Assembly (NCBI GenBank): GCA_036172245.1
Contig: JAYWIR010000032.1
Coordinates: 1,178,001-1,242,000, forward strand
Length of the DNA stretch: 64,000 nt
Reading direction: 5' to 3'
Source: Raillietiella orientalis
Lineage: Eukaryota
Part shown: positions 51,001-63,500 of the stretch, piece after piece
Layout of the letters: every line of letters begins with the position of its first letter
Position numbering within the stretch: position 1 is the stretch's first letter
Notes under the pieces: model-generated
Told to the model about the DNA's origin: nothing
Databases searched by the model: none
What the model saw: only the letters and a program-made list of their open reading frames with translations
Position numbers and translations under genes: made by a program

Positions 51001-52367
51001 GACTGTGAATGCTCAGGCATTTCAAGCGTTTCGTGTGACCTCCGTGTTCCGACAGAAGAGTTCTTTGATTCAGTGTCTTCCGAGCAGGTCAACACTGCGG
51101 ATAGTAGCAGTGACGTTTCCGGTCTGTGCTGCGGAAACGGTATCCATTGATATTCCATGTGTCTACCAACAGGATCTGTATTTCAGTGAAGATACCAGCC
51201 CATGTGAACTATTCCCAGCCGGAAGTTTTCGGCTTTCCAAATAGTAGGAACTTCTATCTTCCCTCCACAGATGGAATCTCATTGGGTGTATGGTAAATGC
51301 CTTCAAGCATGACCCAAGTAAAACAAAAAAAAAAAACGTACATGCATGCGTTAGGCACATTTTTCCTGAATCTTCGGATTCGCAAGCTTTTCCCGACAAC
51401 TTGTTGGACGGAGCCTCCAGGATTGTATTGTATTTGCATGGCAATAGTGGATCACGGGCGTCAGCACATCGGGTCCATCTGTACAAAGTTCTGGTACAGA
51501 TGGGATGTCATGTCATCACATTCGATTATAGAGGTGAATAGAGAGACTTGTAAATTAGAAAAGCTGATTGGCATCAGGCTATGGAGACTCCACTCACAGC
51601 TCTCCAGATGAAGATACAGTGGTTCAGGATGCTTTGTCTGTCTATCACTGGCTGCTCTCCCAAACTCAGAATGTGCCCATATTTGTGTGGGGTCATTCCT
51701 TAGGAACAGGGTAGAGAAGCCGGTGTTAGTGTTCCCAATAATATTGTTTGATTCAAGTATTGGTAGCAGGATGATGGCATGTCTATGTCAAGGAAGCAGC
51801 TCACATCTCAAGCTGCCTGAGGGGCTAATTCTGGAATCCTCATTTAATAATTTAGCAGATGAAGTGCGCCACCATCCGCTGGCCTCAGTAAAACAGGTAG
51901 ATTCAGCTGATGACTCAACTCATGCAGTTGTATTCCTGGCTACCCATGTTTGACTGGATGTTTGTGGAGCCCCTGCACCTTTCCGGGTTGCACTTCGAGA
52001 GCGACTTTCACCTGTCGCATACACCTGTGCCCCTTCTGATGCTGCATGCCGAGGATGACCATATTACTCCATGGTTGTTGGCTTACAAAGTAAGTCACCA
52101 GCATGCCTTACATACTGTAGTTTCAGATAGCTCTACGCAAAAGTTCAAGAAAGCCGACGGCATAATGGAAGTGAAGTGCGTTTGGTAACCTTCCCTGGAC
52201 ACCTTGGTTATGGGCACCAGCACATCAGCAAATCTCCCGAACTGCCCAACGTTGTGAGGTAATTAGTTACAATTTGGTTGCTCGGGCTCACGAAACAATT
52301 TAGCGAATTTATGGATAAGTGTTTGAAGCTGGTGTGGGCCTGTGAATCTGCCAATAAACAGTATTGA
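48041..52367 (+). CDS. ABHD12: ABHD12-like lysophosphatidylserine/monoacylglycerol lipase, 9 exons, 366 aa
   Basis: Exons 48041-48123 (least certain; MPRSYL...WRNNRRRSIW, phase-2 donor gtaaga), 49266-49381 (transmembrane segment ICVLFGAAVVLYCSLPFVF), 51187-51292, 51355-51533, 51578-51710, 51758-51887, 51928-52089, 52131-52258, 52304-52367 (1101 nt). Motifs: GVWH, LYLHGNSGSR, FDYRGYGDS, nucleophile WGHSLGTG, LILES, LHAEDD, LGYGHQHI. Confidence 0.9.
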
Positions 52368-52396
52368 CTTCTAGCGCCTTGATTTGTTTGTTTATT
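52353..52396. terminator. Facing poly(A) signals of ABHD12 (+) and AMPD (-)
   Basis: AATAAA on + at 52353-52358, inside the ABHD12 CDS. TTTATT at 52391-52396 reads AATAAA on the minus strand. Confidence 0.55.
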
Positions 52397-52435
52397 TACT
52401 TTTGCTGGCCCATAGGTAACAAGACACCAGGGCCC

Positions 52436-55400
52436 TCATGAGATGTGCTCCACGCTGTTGAAAATATTTTGCAGTTCCTCCATGAACGTCTCATATCGGT
52501 AAACCACGCGGATATCTGGCAGATTGGTTCGCGATATATCGTTTCCGGCAACCCCCTCCCGGATGTAGTTGGGCCCCAGCCAGTGCTGCTTGAGCTGAAG
52601 GCAAAATCAAGTGTTGGCTGGTGACATCTTGGAACTCACTGTGTGTGTAAAACCGCTCATCAAAACTGAATTATGCGCCAATTCGCACATGTCACATGAA
52701 GTCAGCTTCCACACTTGTGCAGCAATGCTGTACTCCTCCATTAAAGGTTCCTGGAGGGAAAAGGATGATGGGCTGCAGCAGCTGCACTGCTTGATTGAAA
52801 TTACCTTTGTGAAGTGGAACATGAGCGGGTCATCTGTAGACAAGCTGACACACAATCCCCTAGCCAAGAACTCTGGCAGCGGGTTGCGATTGTAATTCAG
52901 AAATAGGGAATTGTTGCTGAGGGGAGACATTGCGATGCCAACCTGTGCCAAGTAAAAGAGATACTGCAGCACTGGTACTTTTCTCAGCAGCAGTCCATGG
53001 GAAATGTTCTCTGCCAGGAGGAAGCCAGTAATCAAGTGGTGCACGGTACCAGCTTCCCCACAGTGCGGGCGCAGCACAAACGTGTTCAGCCCACGCTGGA
53101 GCCGAAAATGATTCAGTATTGTCATGTTGGCATATGTGTAGTATAAGTAGTACGCATATGGTGGGTTATCCAGGACTGTCCAGTTCTCAGGGGTGGGAAG
53201 GTCCTGTGAGAAAAGCAGCGGATGTTCTGGTTTGCTTTCATCATCCACCGAATCGAACCCAATGACCTGAGGCAGAGAATGGGAGCCCACAGCGCCTCCA
53301 TACTCACGTGATGTAGGAACTTGTATAGATCAGGGTGAGAGCTCGGGTTGTTGGTCGCTTCAAACAAAGGAAGGAAGACGTTCGTTAAGAGCTCCTGGAA
53401 ATTTTTGACCAGGTTCTTTGCTTTGTAAATGTCGCTAAGGAACCAGTGAGTTTCGAGGCCCTAATGCACTCACTAGAGACGTGGGATCTGGATGAGCCAG
53501 CGCACATTATCGGAGTACACTTGGTGCTCCACTGCCCATCGAGCCAAGCTGTCCCATTCCGTGTACGACTTTCCATAGATGGATAGACGCAACTCGGCAT
53601 TTTGGTACTTGCTTTCCTCCAGGTCGTACAGGACTTCCTAGCAGCGCAGTGAACAAGAAGGACCACCCTACCCGTGCTCGCTTGCATACTTTAATGATAT
53701 TGGCAAAGTATCTTCCTTTAATATAATTGTCTGTCTTGAGAAAAATTTCCCTCAGGATGCTTTGTCCCACAGGATTGTACTTGGAGTTGAATTTGTCGAA
53801 TCGGTGAAAGGTATTGCGATCCTGGGGAAAGCAGGGAGCTGGGTGCGTTTTAGTGTGTGATTCCCATACGTACGCAGTGCACGTCGAGCATGTCGACGCT
53901 AAGGTCGTAGGAGGTCAGTTTCAGACTCTGGAACACTTCCTTTAAAGTCATCGCGGTGCCGTTTTCACAGTAAACAAACTGGTCCTGGTCTGTGCGCAAT
54001 TTCTTCTTGATGAAGCGCAAAAGGTGCTTTTGATTCATGCAGGAGGAAGCGTGGATGTGTGTGTCTACCTAGAAAGGCACCTCCGGAGATCTTACGGAAG
54101 GGATCTACCCTTTACCTTGCGAACGTTGTAAAAATCCCTGTGCGGGACACTTTTCTGAGCTGCCAACTCCTGCACTTCGTTGAGCAGAGTATGCAGCTGG
54201 AACTTGGACAGTAAGTAGGTAAGACGCCGGTAGCAGAACGATTTGCTGAAGAAAGGTGAGACCTTTTCGCTCGAGTTCGCTGCTTACAGAGGTCCGCTGG
54301 CGACCATGGCGCACATGGTGGCCATGTCCGTGGAATACTGCTGGGCCGATGGGCAAGGATAGTCGAACGGGCGGTTTTCCCTGACTGCCTGCTCGTTGGG
54401 GAACACTTGGAAAACACCGTTGACTTGTCGGATCAGCAAATTTAGGTCAGGTGGGAAGTCGGCATCAAAAGGATCCTTGGTGGTAGGAGGGGCATGGATC
54501 GGGTGATCTACCAAGAGAACCAGAATTTCGTGAGGGCAATCTAGCATTCCTGGAGAGAATCATTCGAAATTTTCACAAATTTATCTCGTATTTTACTGTG
54601 ACACGGGAGATGTGACAGCATATCTTTAAGAAAGATTTTCTGGAACCAGGAAAAAGAGCTGCGCTTCCTTGCTGACTGCTCTATGCGAAAATGAATTACC
54701 TGAAAGACTCTTCCGGTTATCAGAAGGGTGCCACTGACGAGTCATGACACCTCCGTCTATGTTTCTTAAGAAGCGTGACGTGATGGAGGGAAAGCTCTGC
54801 TGGGAGTGGGCCATGTACTTTTCTCGGAACCGTAACGCTTGGACTAGGAATTTAGCAGAGTGCTGCAGATCTTCCAGAAGAACCTACATTGGACAAGGGT
54901 GTGGCAAAGCATGTACGTGGATATGACGAAAACACACGTACGCACGCACACACACACACCATTCTACGATTCGGTAGCGAGGGCTTTCTCGAAATCACGT
55001 GTTCTGGCGCGTCGGCGAATGCCACCGGAGGGGGGGGGGAAGGGGGGCACGCAAACACACAGCATCTTCAAGTGAACAGGTCTCGCAACAGACTCACAGC
55101 AAAAGAAGAAGAAAAATGAATTTACGTTGAACCATTCTGCACGAGTGGAGCGGAAAGAACAGCTTTTGGATGCGGTGCTGCACGGTGTTGGGAAGAGATG
55201 GTGACGGGGGGAGAGGGCGAGGGAGGCGCACGAGTGCGGGGTTGACATGTCGCCACGACATCCTCCGAAACGACCATCCAGAGTGGCGCGGCCGCGGTCT
55301 CGCGAAGCTCGTTCCGATTTCTTACTCCAGATTTGTGAATCCCGCTGATCATCACTCTGTGGTAGTGAGGGATGTACTCGGGCTCCATTCCATCCAGAAA

Positions 55401-55847
55401 CTCGGTCTTTTTGGAGGTCAGCTTCTTCTGTATGGCTGAGAAGTCGAGAGACTTGGAGCGATCTTTCAGCATCCTGGAACATCCCGGGATCTCGTCGCGA
55501 GAACCTGGCGCACAACTTCCTTCTACCTTTCGTTCAGCTGAAACTGCAGCTTCTTCCGGTGCTCGATTTCCTCAATCGGGAATTCCGTGATTTCGCATGA
55601 CCTTATGATGTCGTCTTCAGTAGAGTTCACGAGCGTCTCCTTGAGATCGCCTTTCAACAAGCCAAAGTCTTCATCCAAGGCGGAATGGAGGATCTTCAGG
55701 TCTTCCGGGTTCCCGTCATCTGAAAGAAAACGAGGTGGCCGGAACGATCAGTCGCCCTGGAAAATCCTTCGCACCGTTCTCCTGCCTGTCCTCTGACTCA
55801 TCGAGGATAAGTACGTCCGGGTTGCTGGAAGCAGAAGACCCACTCAT
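52436..55847 (-). CDS. AMPD2: AMP deaminase (AMPD2-like), 13 coding exons, 765 aa
   Basis: Minus-strand exons 55847-55775, 55719-55527, 55473-55326, 54883-54700, 54507-54288, 54245-54116, 54068-53874, 53821-53690, 53637-53474, 53434-53308, 53266-52805, 52750-52640, 52594-52436 (2298 nt). Motifs: [81 protein letters not shown]. Start gccATG has an upstream in-frame TGA. An acceptor at 55882-55883 implies further 5' UTR exon(s). Confidence 0.93.
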
Positions 55848-57756
55848 GGCTCGATGCGGGTTTCAGAAAATGCTGAGATTTCTGGCGGAAGAAAAATCGC
55901 ATCAAACTGTCCCCTATTTAGGATACGGGCCAAGACCCGACCGTCGCGTCTGAGGAAGCACCCGATTACTTAAATGTCCCGTAAACTCTTAGGGAAACTT
56001 TAAGCTGAGGAAAACACACACATCCGTTCGCGTGATCCACAACTGAGTATCGGGATCAGATGCGGACCGTATAGTCCGAAACACCGCACGTCTCGAACAA
56101 GGTATTTCTGGAGTCCGAGCAGGCATTCCGGGGCGAAAGGACGTGGCAGGACACTACCAGAGTCCGTCGTACTGTGCTCACCAAGGTAGCTCAAACTGGC
56201 TCCTGCTGCTCCGGGAGGAGGGTTGCGAAATTCTTTCCGAGGCTTCCAGGGAAAAAAAAAACCTGCAACGAGAGGCGGCAATCACGGACTCATCCCAGAT
56301 GCTTCGGTTCCCCGCGCAGCAACCCGTTCGGCAAATCTCGGATTCGTAAGCACATCGATCCCGCGACCGACCCGCGTGAGAAAGGCACGAGCGACCAAAG
56401 AATGCCTAGAGCCGCGCACCGCGGGGCCGGGCTGAAAGCGGGTGGGCGAGCGACTCCAGACGCAAGAGTAAGGTCGACCAAGTCACCTGGCTTCAGACCG
56501 CGGGGCCAGAAAGCCCACAAAGGCGCCGACTAAGTACTGAAGAACCGTTCGCCCGACGGCTCACGAAGCTCTTTGACGCTGTCCGCGCCATCCGAGGGTG
56601 CTGTAAGTCCTCAAGTTATGGGAAGAAGCCCTGTGAGGACCCACCCTATGAATCCAGGAAGACCACTTCCTCATTCTCTCCGAAGGGAACCACTCCTCAT
56701 TTCATCTCCGGAGGAGACCCGCGAGGGAACTGCTCCTTGTTCCCTACCCTGAAGAGAACTCCGAAGCGACGCCTCCAAATTTCTCCTAGGGATCGCTCCT
56801 CGAAGGGAGCCGCGCATCTCTTGACGCTCCGGAGAGGTGTCAACCCACCAGTTCCACGACACGAGATGGTACGGTTCCATTTGCACAACCGGAGGAGAAT
56901 CCCTAAGGGAACCGACTCCTTGACTCCTGGAAGGATCTCGAAAGGTCAGCTTCCAATACCGGCCACTCATCGGGGACATCCGGCTTCCGGCTTCCACCAG
57001 TGCTGCACTGGGGTCTCCCCAGCGACGCATGCCGGCATCGGTGGACACAGGGGTGTGTGGACCCAAAGTGTGCAAGGTGAGGGGAGCGGAAATCCTTCCT
57101 GCACCTCCTAGTGGACTGTGTTGCTCTTCGGCCTCCCGACGCTTTGCCGCGACCCTTAGAACCCCCGGTGGCAACAGAGACGTTTGAAAACTCCTCTTCC
57201 TGAGCGACACCTTCACGCCGGCCGCATCCCCAGCAGCTCTTTGCTACTGCCTACGCGGGACCGCCAGAGGGGGTTACAACGACAGGGACACCATCTATTT
57301 TGCTGTACTCTTCATGAGGACAGCGTGTCAAGATGGCCCCATCTGGGAGCCTCGAAACAGGAACTTGCCGGCATCCTTACAAGGATGCAGAGGACACCCT
57401 CCAGCAACGAAGAGTCGAAGATAAAAAAATCTCATCGGTCCAATGTCTAAAGACCAGCTAGGGACGAAATTTTCACGAGGAGACTGTATGCTTTTTGACT
57501 GTATGTTTTTCTTTTTGATTGTCTGCCCTTCCCCTGTGCTGCCGAAACGAACCCCGCCGGTCTGCGGGCCGGTTCCCGGCAGAACGTGGCAGAATCAAAC
57601 GTCCTGCCACAGACGTGTACGTTTATTTTATAAATAAACGCCCCGGAGTGACCCGGCTGATGTCAACGAGTGCCGCACCCGAATAGATCAACCAGCGTTA
57701 TCTTTGTGGGAAGGGGGAGGAGAACGAACCCGCGACGCAGCCATTTCTAGGCGTCA

Positions 57757-57826
57757 TCCCCGGGCGGGATTCGAACTCGCAACGCTCGGTACCGCGCGCA
57801 GATGCCGCAGCCGTACGGCCGCCAAC
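57757..57826 (-). mobile_element. Degenerate tRNA-like sequence (SINE head or tRNA pseudogene)
   Basis: The minus strand has a B-box/T-arm GCGAG-TTCGAAT-CCCGC and a weak A-box-like TGGCGGCCGTACGG about 45 nt upstream. No clean cloverleaf. Confidence 0.35.
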
Positions 57827-60117
57827 GCAGGCGCTCGCCAACATTCGAGTGCTTGGCGAACGTGCTCACAGAGGTCCACGGGAGGTCGGCTCCCAATCCA
57901 TGAGCAGCCGAAACGCTGGTGGGAGACGGGCGTCGTAATCCCAAAGACCTTTGCACTCTCCTTTTTCCCTCTGGGTTTTCCAATTCGCGGCAATCAAAAA
58001 AAGAGAGAAAGAAAAAAATACACGAGGAACTTCGTCTTTGGTGTTAGAGCCGGATGCCCCGCGATTGCATCCAGCACGAGTTCGAAATCCCAACCCGAGT
58101 CAACCACCTTCCTCATTCGGGTGGTGGTCTGGTTTTCCGTTTGCTTAGTGACCAAGCGGTGCAGATCAGAGCCACTCCGCTTTGGGGTGGTCAGGGAGGG
58201 GGGGTCGGTTCCGTATTTTCTTCCTGTCTGACGGGGGAGGACACGATTCATGCTGACGTCTGCCGTTCGAATTCCTCTTTGCTTTTTCTCTTCGCGCGTA
58301 CAAAAGGGAAAAAGAAAATCGCTGATAGTGGCCAGGCCGGTCGGAGAGCCGGAGTCCACAAGCAAGTGGTTGAGGACAGCGGGTCGAGGGACGGCACCGG
58401 TTGCATCCGAAAAGTCGTTCGCTTCGCGAAGAACGCGGCGCGTCGAGGCTTCGCTTCCCCCCCTCCCCGTCGCCCCCCATCGCGCACGACGGAGAAACGG
58501 AAGACGAGGGCAGTAAAGGAAAAATGGATTTTCGGCTCCAGAAGATTCGCAGCGGCCGCCTGCACGACCGGTCCAGAAGCGCGGAGCTGGACACCGCGCT
58601 TCTGGACCGGTCGGTTTTCGCTTTGAGTGCTTCCGTGTCACGGATCTCCGGCGGTCGACGAGCAAAAACTTCTGGACCGGCCGCGGCGGAGGAATGGTGC
58701 TGCGCGAGAAACCCCTTCCCCTCCTCCCCCCCCCCCCCCTAGCAACCGGCGGACGTGTTTGCCTGGGAGAGCCCCGAGGTCGCAGCACACGAAACCGGAG
58801 AGGATTCTTCTCGGAAGGACAGGAACCCAAAGACCGAAAGAGGGCCTAAGGGATGCATTCAGATATTCAGGCAGGCACACGTGCAGATATGCAGCGGGTC
58901 ACTTCGGAAAAGGAGAGGGGAGGAGGGGCGCACGCAGTCAAAACGAACGGAGGCTGCGCTGCCGTAGAAGACAAGAACCGAGTATGAATTGAGGGTTGGT
59001 CCTGCCGCCGTCCATTTTACGCGTGCAGGATTTGCCAGGGTGTTCCTGGATACACAATCAAAGATGCAGACTTCTCCCGACCGGTCCAGTAAGACGAAGC
59101 CTGTTGTAGGCTGGGTTTCGTTCCTCCTCCGAACCCGGAACACCTGGGTGAATGCAGACGAGAGGTGAACGTGCCTTAGTGAACGCTGCACCATCTGAAG
59201 CCAAACGAAGAAAAAGAAAAGTCTTGAGAGAGGGATGCGAAGACGTTGCGTTGCTGTCTGCGAGAGCGCAACGGACGGCAGTTCCTGGAGACGGAGGGTG
59301 GCACGATGCCCAGCAACAACGACGCACAGCGCACCGTTCAGCTAGCAGCAGCCCGCTCGCTGGTGACCAGCAGAAGCGGCAACGGCTTTTGGCGACCAGC
59401 TGGAACTGGACCGCGGAAGAAGGAAATCCTTCCGGAAATCGCCTGTGCGAAAGCACTCCAGCCTCGAACCTTTTTGCGGGGCCGCAAAAAGAATCGATAA
59501 AAAAGATGCAGGTCGCAACGTGTAGCTTCGGTCCTCAGCCACCGATGCAAGGACCACGCGCAGCCAAGGGAGAGAGAGAGAGCTCTTAGTGGGCACCGAA
59601 AAGCGAACAAGCGACGGGGTCCGTACGCGATGGGATGTGTTTCCCTTTGGGTCCGTGGGCACGCCTGAAGCCATTTTCGCAAAGTGTGACGGGTCAAAGT
59701 GTTTCCAAAATCCCGAACGAGATCCCGAACAAGCTGCAAACGGGGTGCTGCGGAGGCAATGAGGGGGGTCATGACAACGAACAGGGGGAAAGCCTCCGAG
59801 AGTGCCACAATCCAAAGGAAGAAAGAAGCCAACAGCAGAGGGCGGTAACCGCCCATCACACACATCGGTTTCAAAGGGTCTTTAGCTTCGCAATGGAACT
59901 CCTCGGCGCAGGCCTTCGTCACGGGAGCGGAGGCAACACGCCGTAGATCTGGATGACTCTGTGGGATCGTTTCTAATCGTTACAAGCAGATGACGATTTA
60001 AAAATCATGTTTGGGGCACCGAAGACAACGGCAAGCGGCGTAGGAAATGCGCGTGCGCGGCATTTTGGTATTTGGTGATTTGCTTTGCTCCAGGTCATAT
60101 ACATGGTTACTTCGCCT

Positions 60118-60215
60118 GCACCAGACCGGAGGGAACTCGTGCTCGGAGGAGGAGGAATCCGTCGGGGAGAGGTGAAGGGGACTGCTGGGAGCCGCGCGAG
60201 CGCTCTTCCGAGGAG
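60118..60215 (+). repeat. Dispersed ~100-nt direct repeat, copy A
   Basis: GCACCAGACCGGAGGGAAC...GGAGGAATCCGTCGGG...GAGGTGAAGGGGAC...AGCGCTCTTCCGAGGAG is shared with 63400-63500. Confidence 0.85.
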
Positions 60216-63200
60216 AGAGCAGAGATGACATCGCGCGCGGGAGACTTTAAAATCGTAAGCGAACCGAATGTGTTTTCTTGAGCAGGGTACGGACAGCAAG
60301 CGGATGCAGCGCCGACCAGTCTGGTGGCTATGAATCAGTCGGAATCGCCGGTTTTCAGAAGGGGGATTCCCGGAAGAGCAGATCCCGAAGATCCGAGACG
60401 AAACTCATCACCGTGCTTTCTTAACTTTCAGTATGCCACTGCCAAAGATCAGCAACGAAAGAGGTTACAGATCAGAAAAGAAATGAGCCACTGCAGGACT
60501 TGAAGTTCCGCATTGTGCGCTAGCGTGGATGGGAGGGGAATCGATTTTCGGGATCAAACGCCAGCGACTCCGGAACGAGCGAATCCTGAAAAAACTCAAA
60601 CCAGGCGGACTTCCGTAGATGCCTTTTTGGCCACGAACCGTTCCACCACCCCCTTCTCTCTCTCTCTCCTTCCACGCGGGAAACGCACTGGCCAACAGAC
60701 GCAAAGAGAAGCACCGGGAAGTCGCACGCGAAAAACGGAACCGCCCGGCGCTAGTGACTGGAGAAGTCCTTCGCCACTCCCTTCGACTTTCCCCCCTTCC
60801 GCGCTCAACCCGTCTCCAGAACCGAACGCACCCGTCTTGTTTGGGCTGACGCCCGCTCGGCGTTTAGCATCCCCCACTTCATCCGCGCATCCGGTGAGAC
60901 GCTCCGGAAACGCCTTAGCACGACACGAAGGCTTTTTGGACACTTAATTGGACCTTCCGTTGCTTTCTGGTACCTGAAAGCAGTCGATTGTGCTGTCTTC
61001 GAAGCAGGAAAACAAATTGCTTTACGGCAATTACCGCTACAAGACGGATACAAATGTTCCTTTCCCTCCTCACGCGTGAATGGGCCGCTAAGAACAGGAG
61101 GGTGGGGGGGAGGTAGTGAAACAGAAACGAGGCGGGCGCCTGCCGGGAACGCAAAGAGAGTAGCTAAACGTCTACGGGATGACGAATCCTGTAAACACTG
61201 AGCGAACTGAAACGGCACGGGACTTTCGTGCGTGGAAGCACGGCGTATCAAAGAGCGCTCCGCAGCCAATCGCCTTCAGTCCGCGAAGGAAACGCTGCGG
61301 ACCTTTTCCCCCGCGACCCCGCCTCGAAAACTCTCGCGAGGCTGAGCACCGCCACCCAGCAAAGACCGCAAGGGGCACCCAACCGGTGAACTTGGGAAAA
61401 CCCAGGTTCTGGGTTCAAACCCAGAACACGTCTTTCGCATCCAGCAGTGCTGTGCTCCGACGACGACGCATTGGGACGGCAGTCGGGGACGCCTCTGCGA
61501 CGTGGTAACGTTTTTCCCAGCCCGCGACCCACGTGATCACTCCGGCGCCCTCGCGGTTCGGTCGCCCGCCAGCCGGGCACCGCTCGGACCTGCCGCCAAG
61601 CAAACCAACCCTGCGAGGACACTCCGCGCGAGGGACGTCTTCGAGCTGACGTGAGGCTGCGCACCAGCGACGGCCGCGAACGATCGGAGGTTCCGCGCCG
61701 CCGTAGAAAGCGTGGCACCGCGACGGAAGAAGAGCCACGCCGGAGACGCCCAAGTGCGGCCGACGAAGCACGAAGGCTCAGAAAGTACTTGCGACAGACC
61801 ACAGGCAACGAGCCGGGCAACGTACCAAGATTACGCTCTTCCTGCTTTTATTCTTTTTTTTTTTTTTTGGTGGTGTTCTTTTCATTGCCTCACCTCTTTG
61901 ACGGTGCCCTCGTTCCATTTATCCGACAACCTGAACTGGAAAACGACAAGTTTTAGCCCTTGGGAAGAGAAGGACGCGCGTGCGTTAAGTCGGAAGAGCC
62001 CTCGGTTCTCTCTCCCGACGAGTCCTCTGCGTCTCCCGCGTGCGAGGCGGATTGAGTTCTTCGCGTGTCGTGAGGAGAGCGCGGAAAACCCGCAGGACTT
62101 TGCACGCACGACTGCATCGCGCGTCCAGCCATTCCAAACGTGCTTTTTCTGCCAATCTTCCGCGCGCGCGCGCGCGCGCTACGGGGCAGGCGGCAGCCGT
62201 GGTGGTCCGCCATGCGCGCCCCAGCCGCCGGAAGACCACAGTCGAGGAACGAGGAAAACATCGGGAAAGCTCAAGAGAGTGCGTTTTGGCTTTCGCTACG
62301 CCTCATTGACCGTCCAGGTCGCGCGCGCCTTCGGATTCGGCCCTTCCACCAGTGGGTCTTTTCACCCGAGCTCGGAGCGCAGCTCCGGGTTCGTCCACTC
62401 ACGTATGGCGTGCGCGGGCAGGGTTTTTTCGGGGAGACGGGGAAGAGCAAAAGCGACTGAAAGGCACTACCAGAGTGGAATCGGCAGCTGCCAGTCTGAT
62501 GGCGATGAGCGGGAGATCCCCTCCGCACCGTCTGCAGGCAGCGCCTCGTGGAAACGTGGCACCCGCCAAAACCAACCATCGAGAGCACTCCATGTTGATA
62601 AGCGCAGAAGCCATTCGACCGGGGCAACAAAACGGCAAAAAAAATTCTCCTGCGCGTTCGAGGAAGTTATCGGCGGCTTGAGTTGGACTGGAGATAAGGC
62701 CGGCCCTCCGAATGAGCAGGGGAGGGCAGAAGCATTCGTGACTTCGTGCCGCGGAACCCTGCAAAAAAAAAAAAAAAAGAGGAGGAAAGAAAGTGTTCCC
62801 TCAATGCCGAGGAAACACGGAATGCTACAAGGCCCGCGTTCGGGAGGAGTCCTGTGGGGTAGGGTGGGGCTCCTTGGGAATGCGCGCTGCTGGCCGAAGA
62901 GTCGCGCGCACGTGGACGAGGCCGTTCCCACAGTGCGGCAACACCACCTTCCTCCGCGGAAACGGACCGTGCAGAGAAACAGGGATCGCCCGCCAGAAGT
63001 CAGGAATGCTCCCGAGGAGCACGAAAAAAAAAAAAAACATACCAGCAAAGGAACCGGTGAGTCCTCAGCGGCAGACCCATTCATCCGGCATGCAGCTGCG
63101 CAGCAGGACGGATGGGTAGAGAAAAGATTTCCACCCTCCGGAAAGGAACGGTAGTGCATGAGGATACATGAGGGAACGTGGTGACCCTTTCGAGGCGTCC

Positions 63201-63399
63201 GGCACCCTGGCAGCCAGCCAGCCATGAGCGCTGCTCAGCGACGAAAGACGGGAAAGGAGAGGAAGAGGGAGAGCTCCCGAGCGACTGGGCCGGGAGATGG
63301 AAAAGCATGAAGGACGGGCAGACGCAGCGGCCATTCGGCGCGAAACACCGTCTGCGTCTCGAGGGGGGCGCGACCCAGCAGGAACGCTTGCTGCGCCGC

Positions 63400-63500
63400 G
63401 CACCAGACCGGAGGGAACCCGTGCTTGAAGGAGGAGGAGGAATCCGTCGGGAAGAGGTGAAGGGGACCGACAGGAGCCGCGCAAGCGCTCTTCCGAGGAG
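63400..63500 (+). repeat. Dispersed ~100-nt direct repeat, copy B
   Basis: Aligns to 60118-60215 with scattered substitutions and one 3-nt indel. Confidence 0.85.

Noticed and set aside
55505..55526. Apparent 22-nt AMPD intron ending in cgccag
   Set aside because: It gives the wrong frame; the 53-nt intron 55526-55474 restores the AMPD frame.
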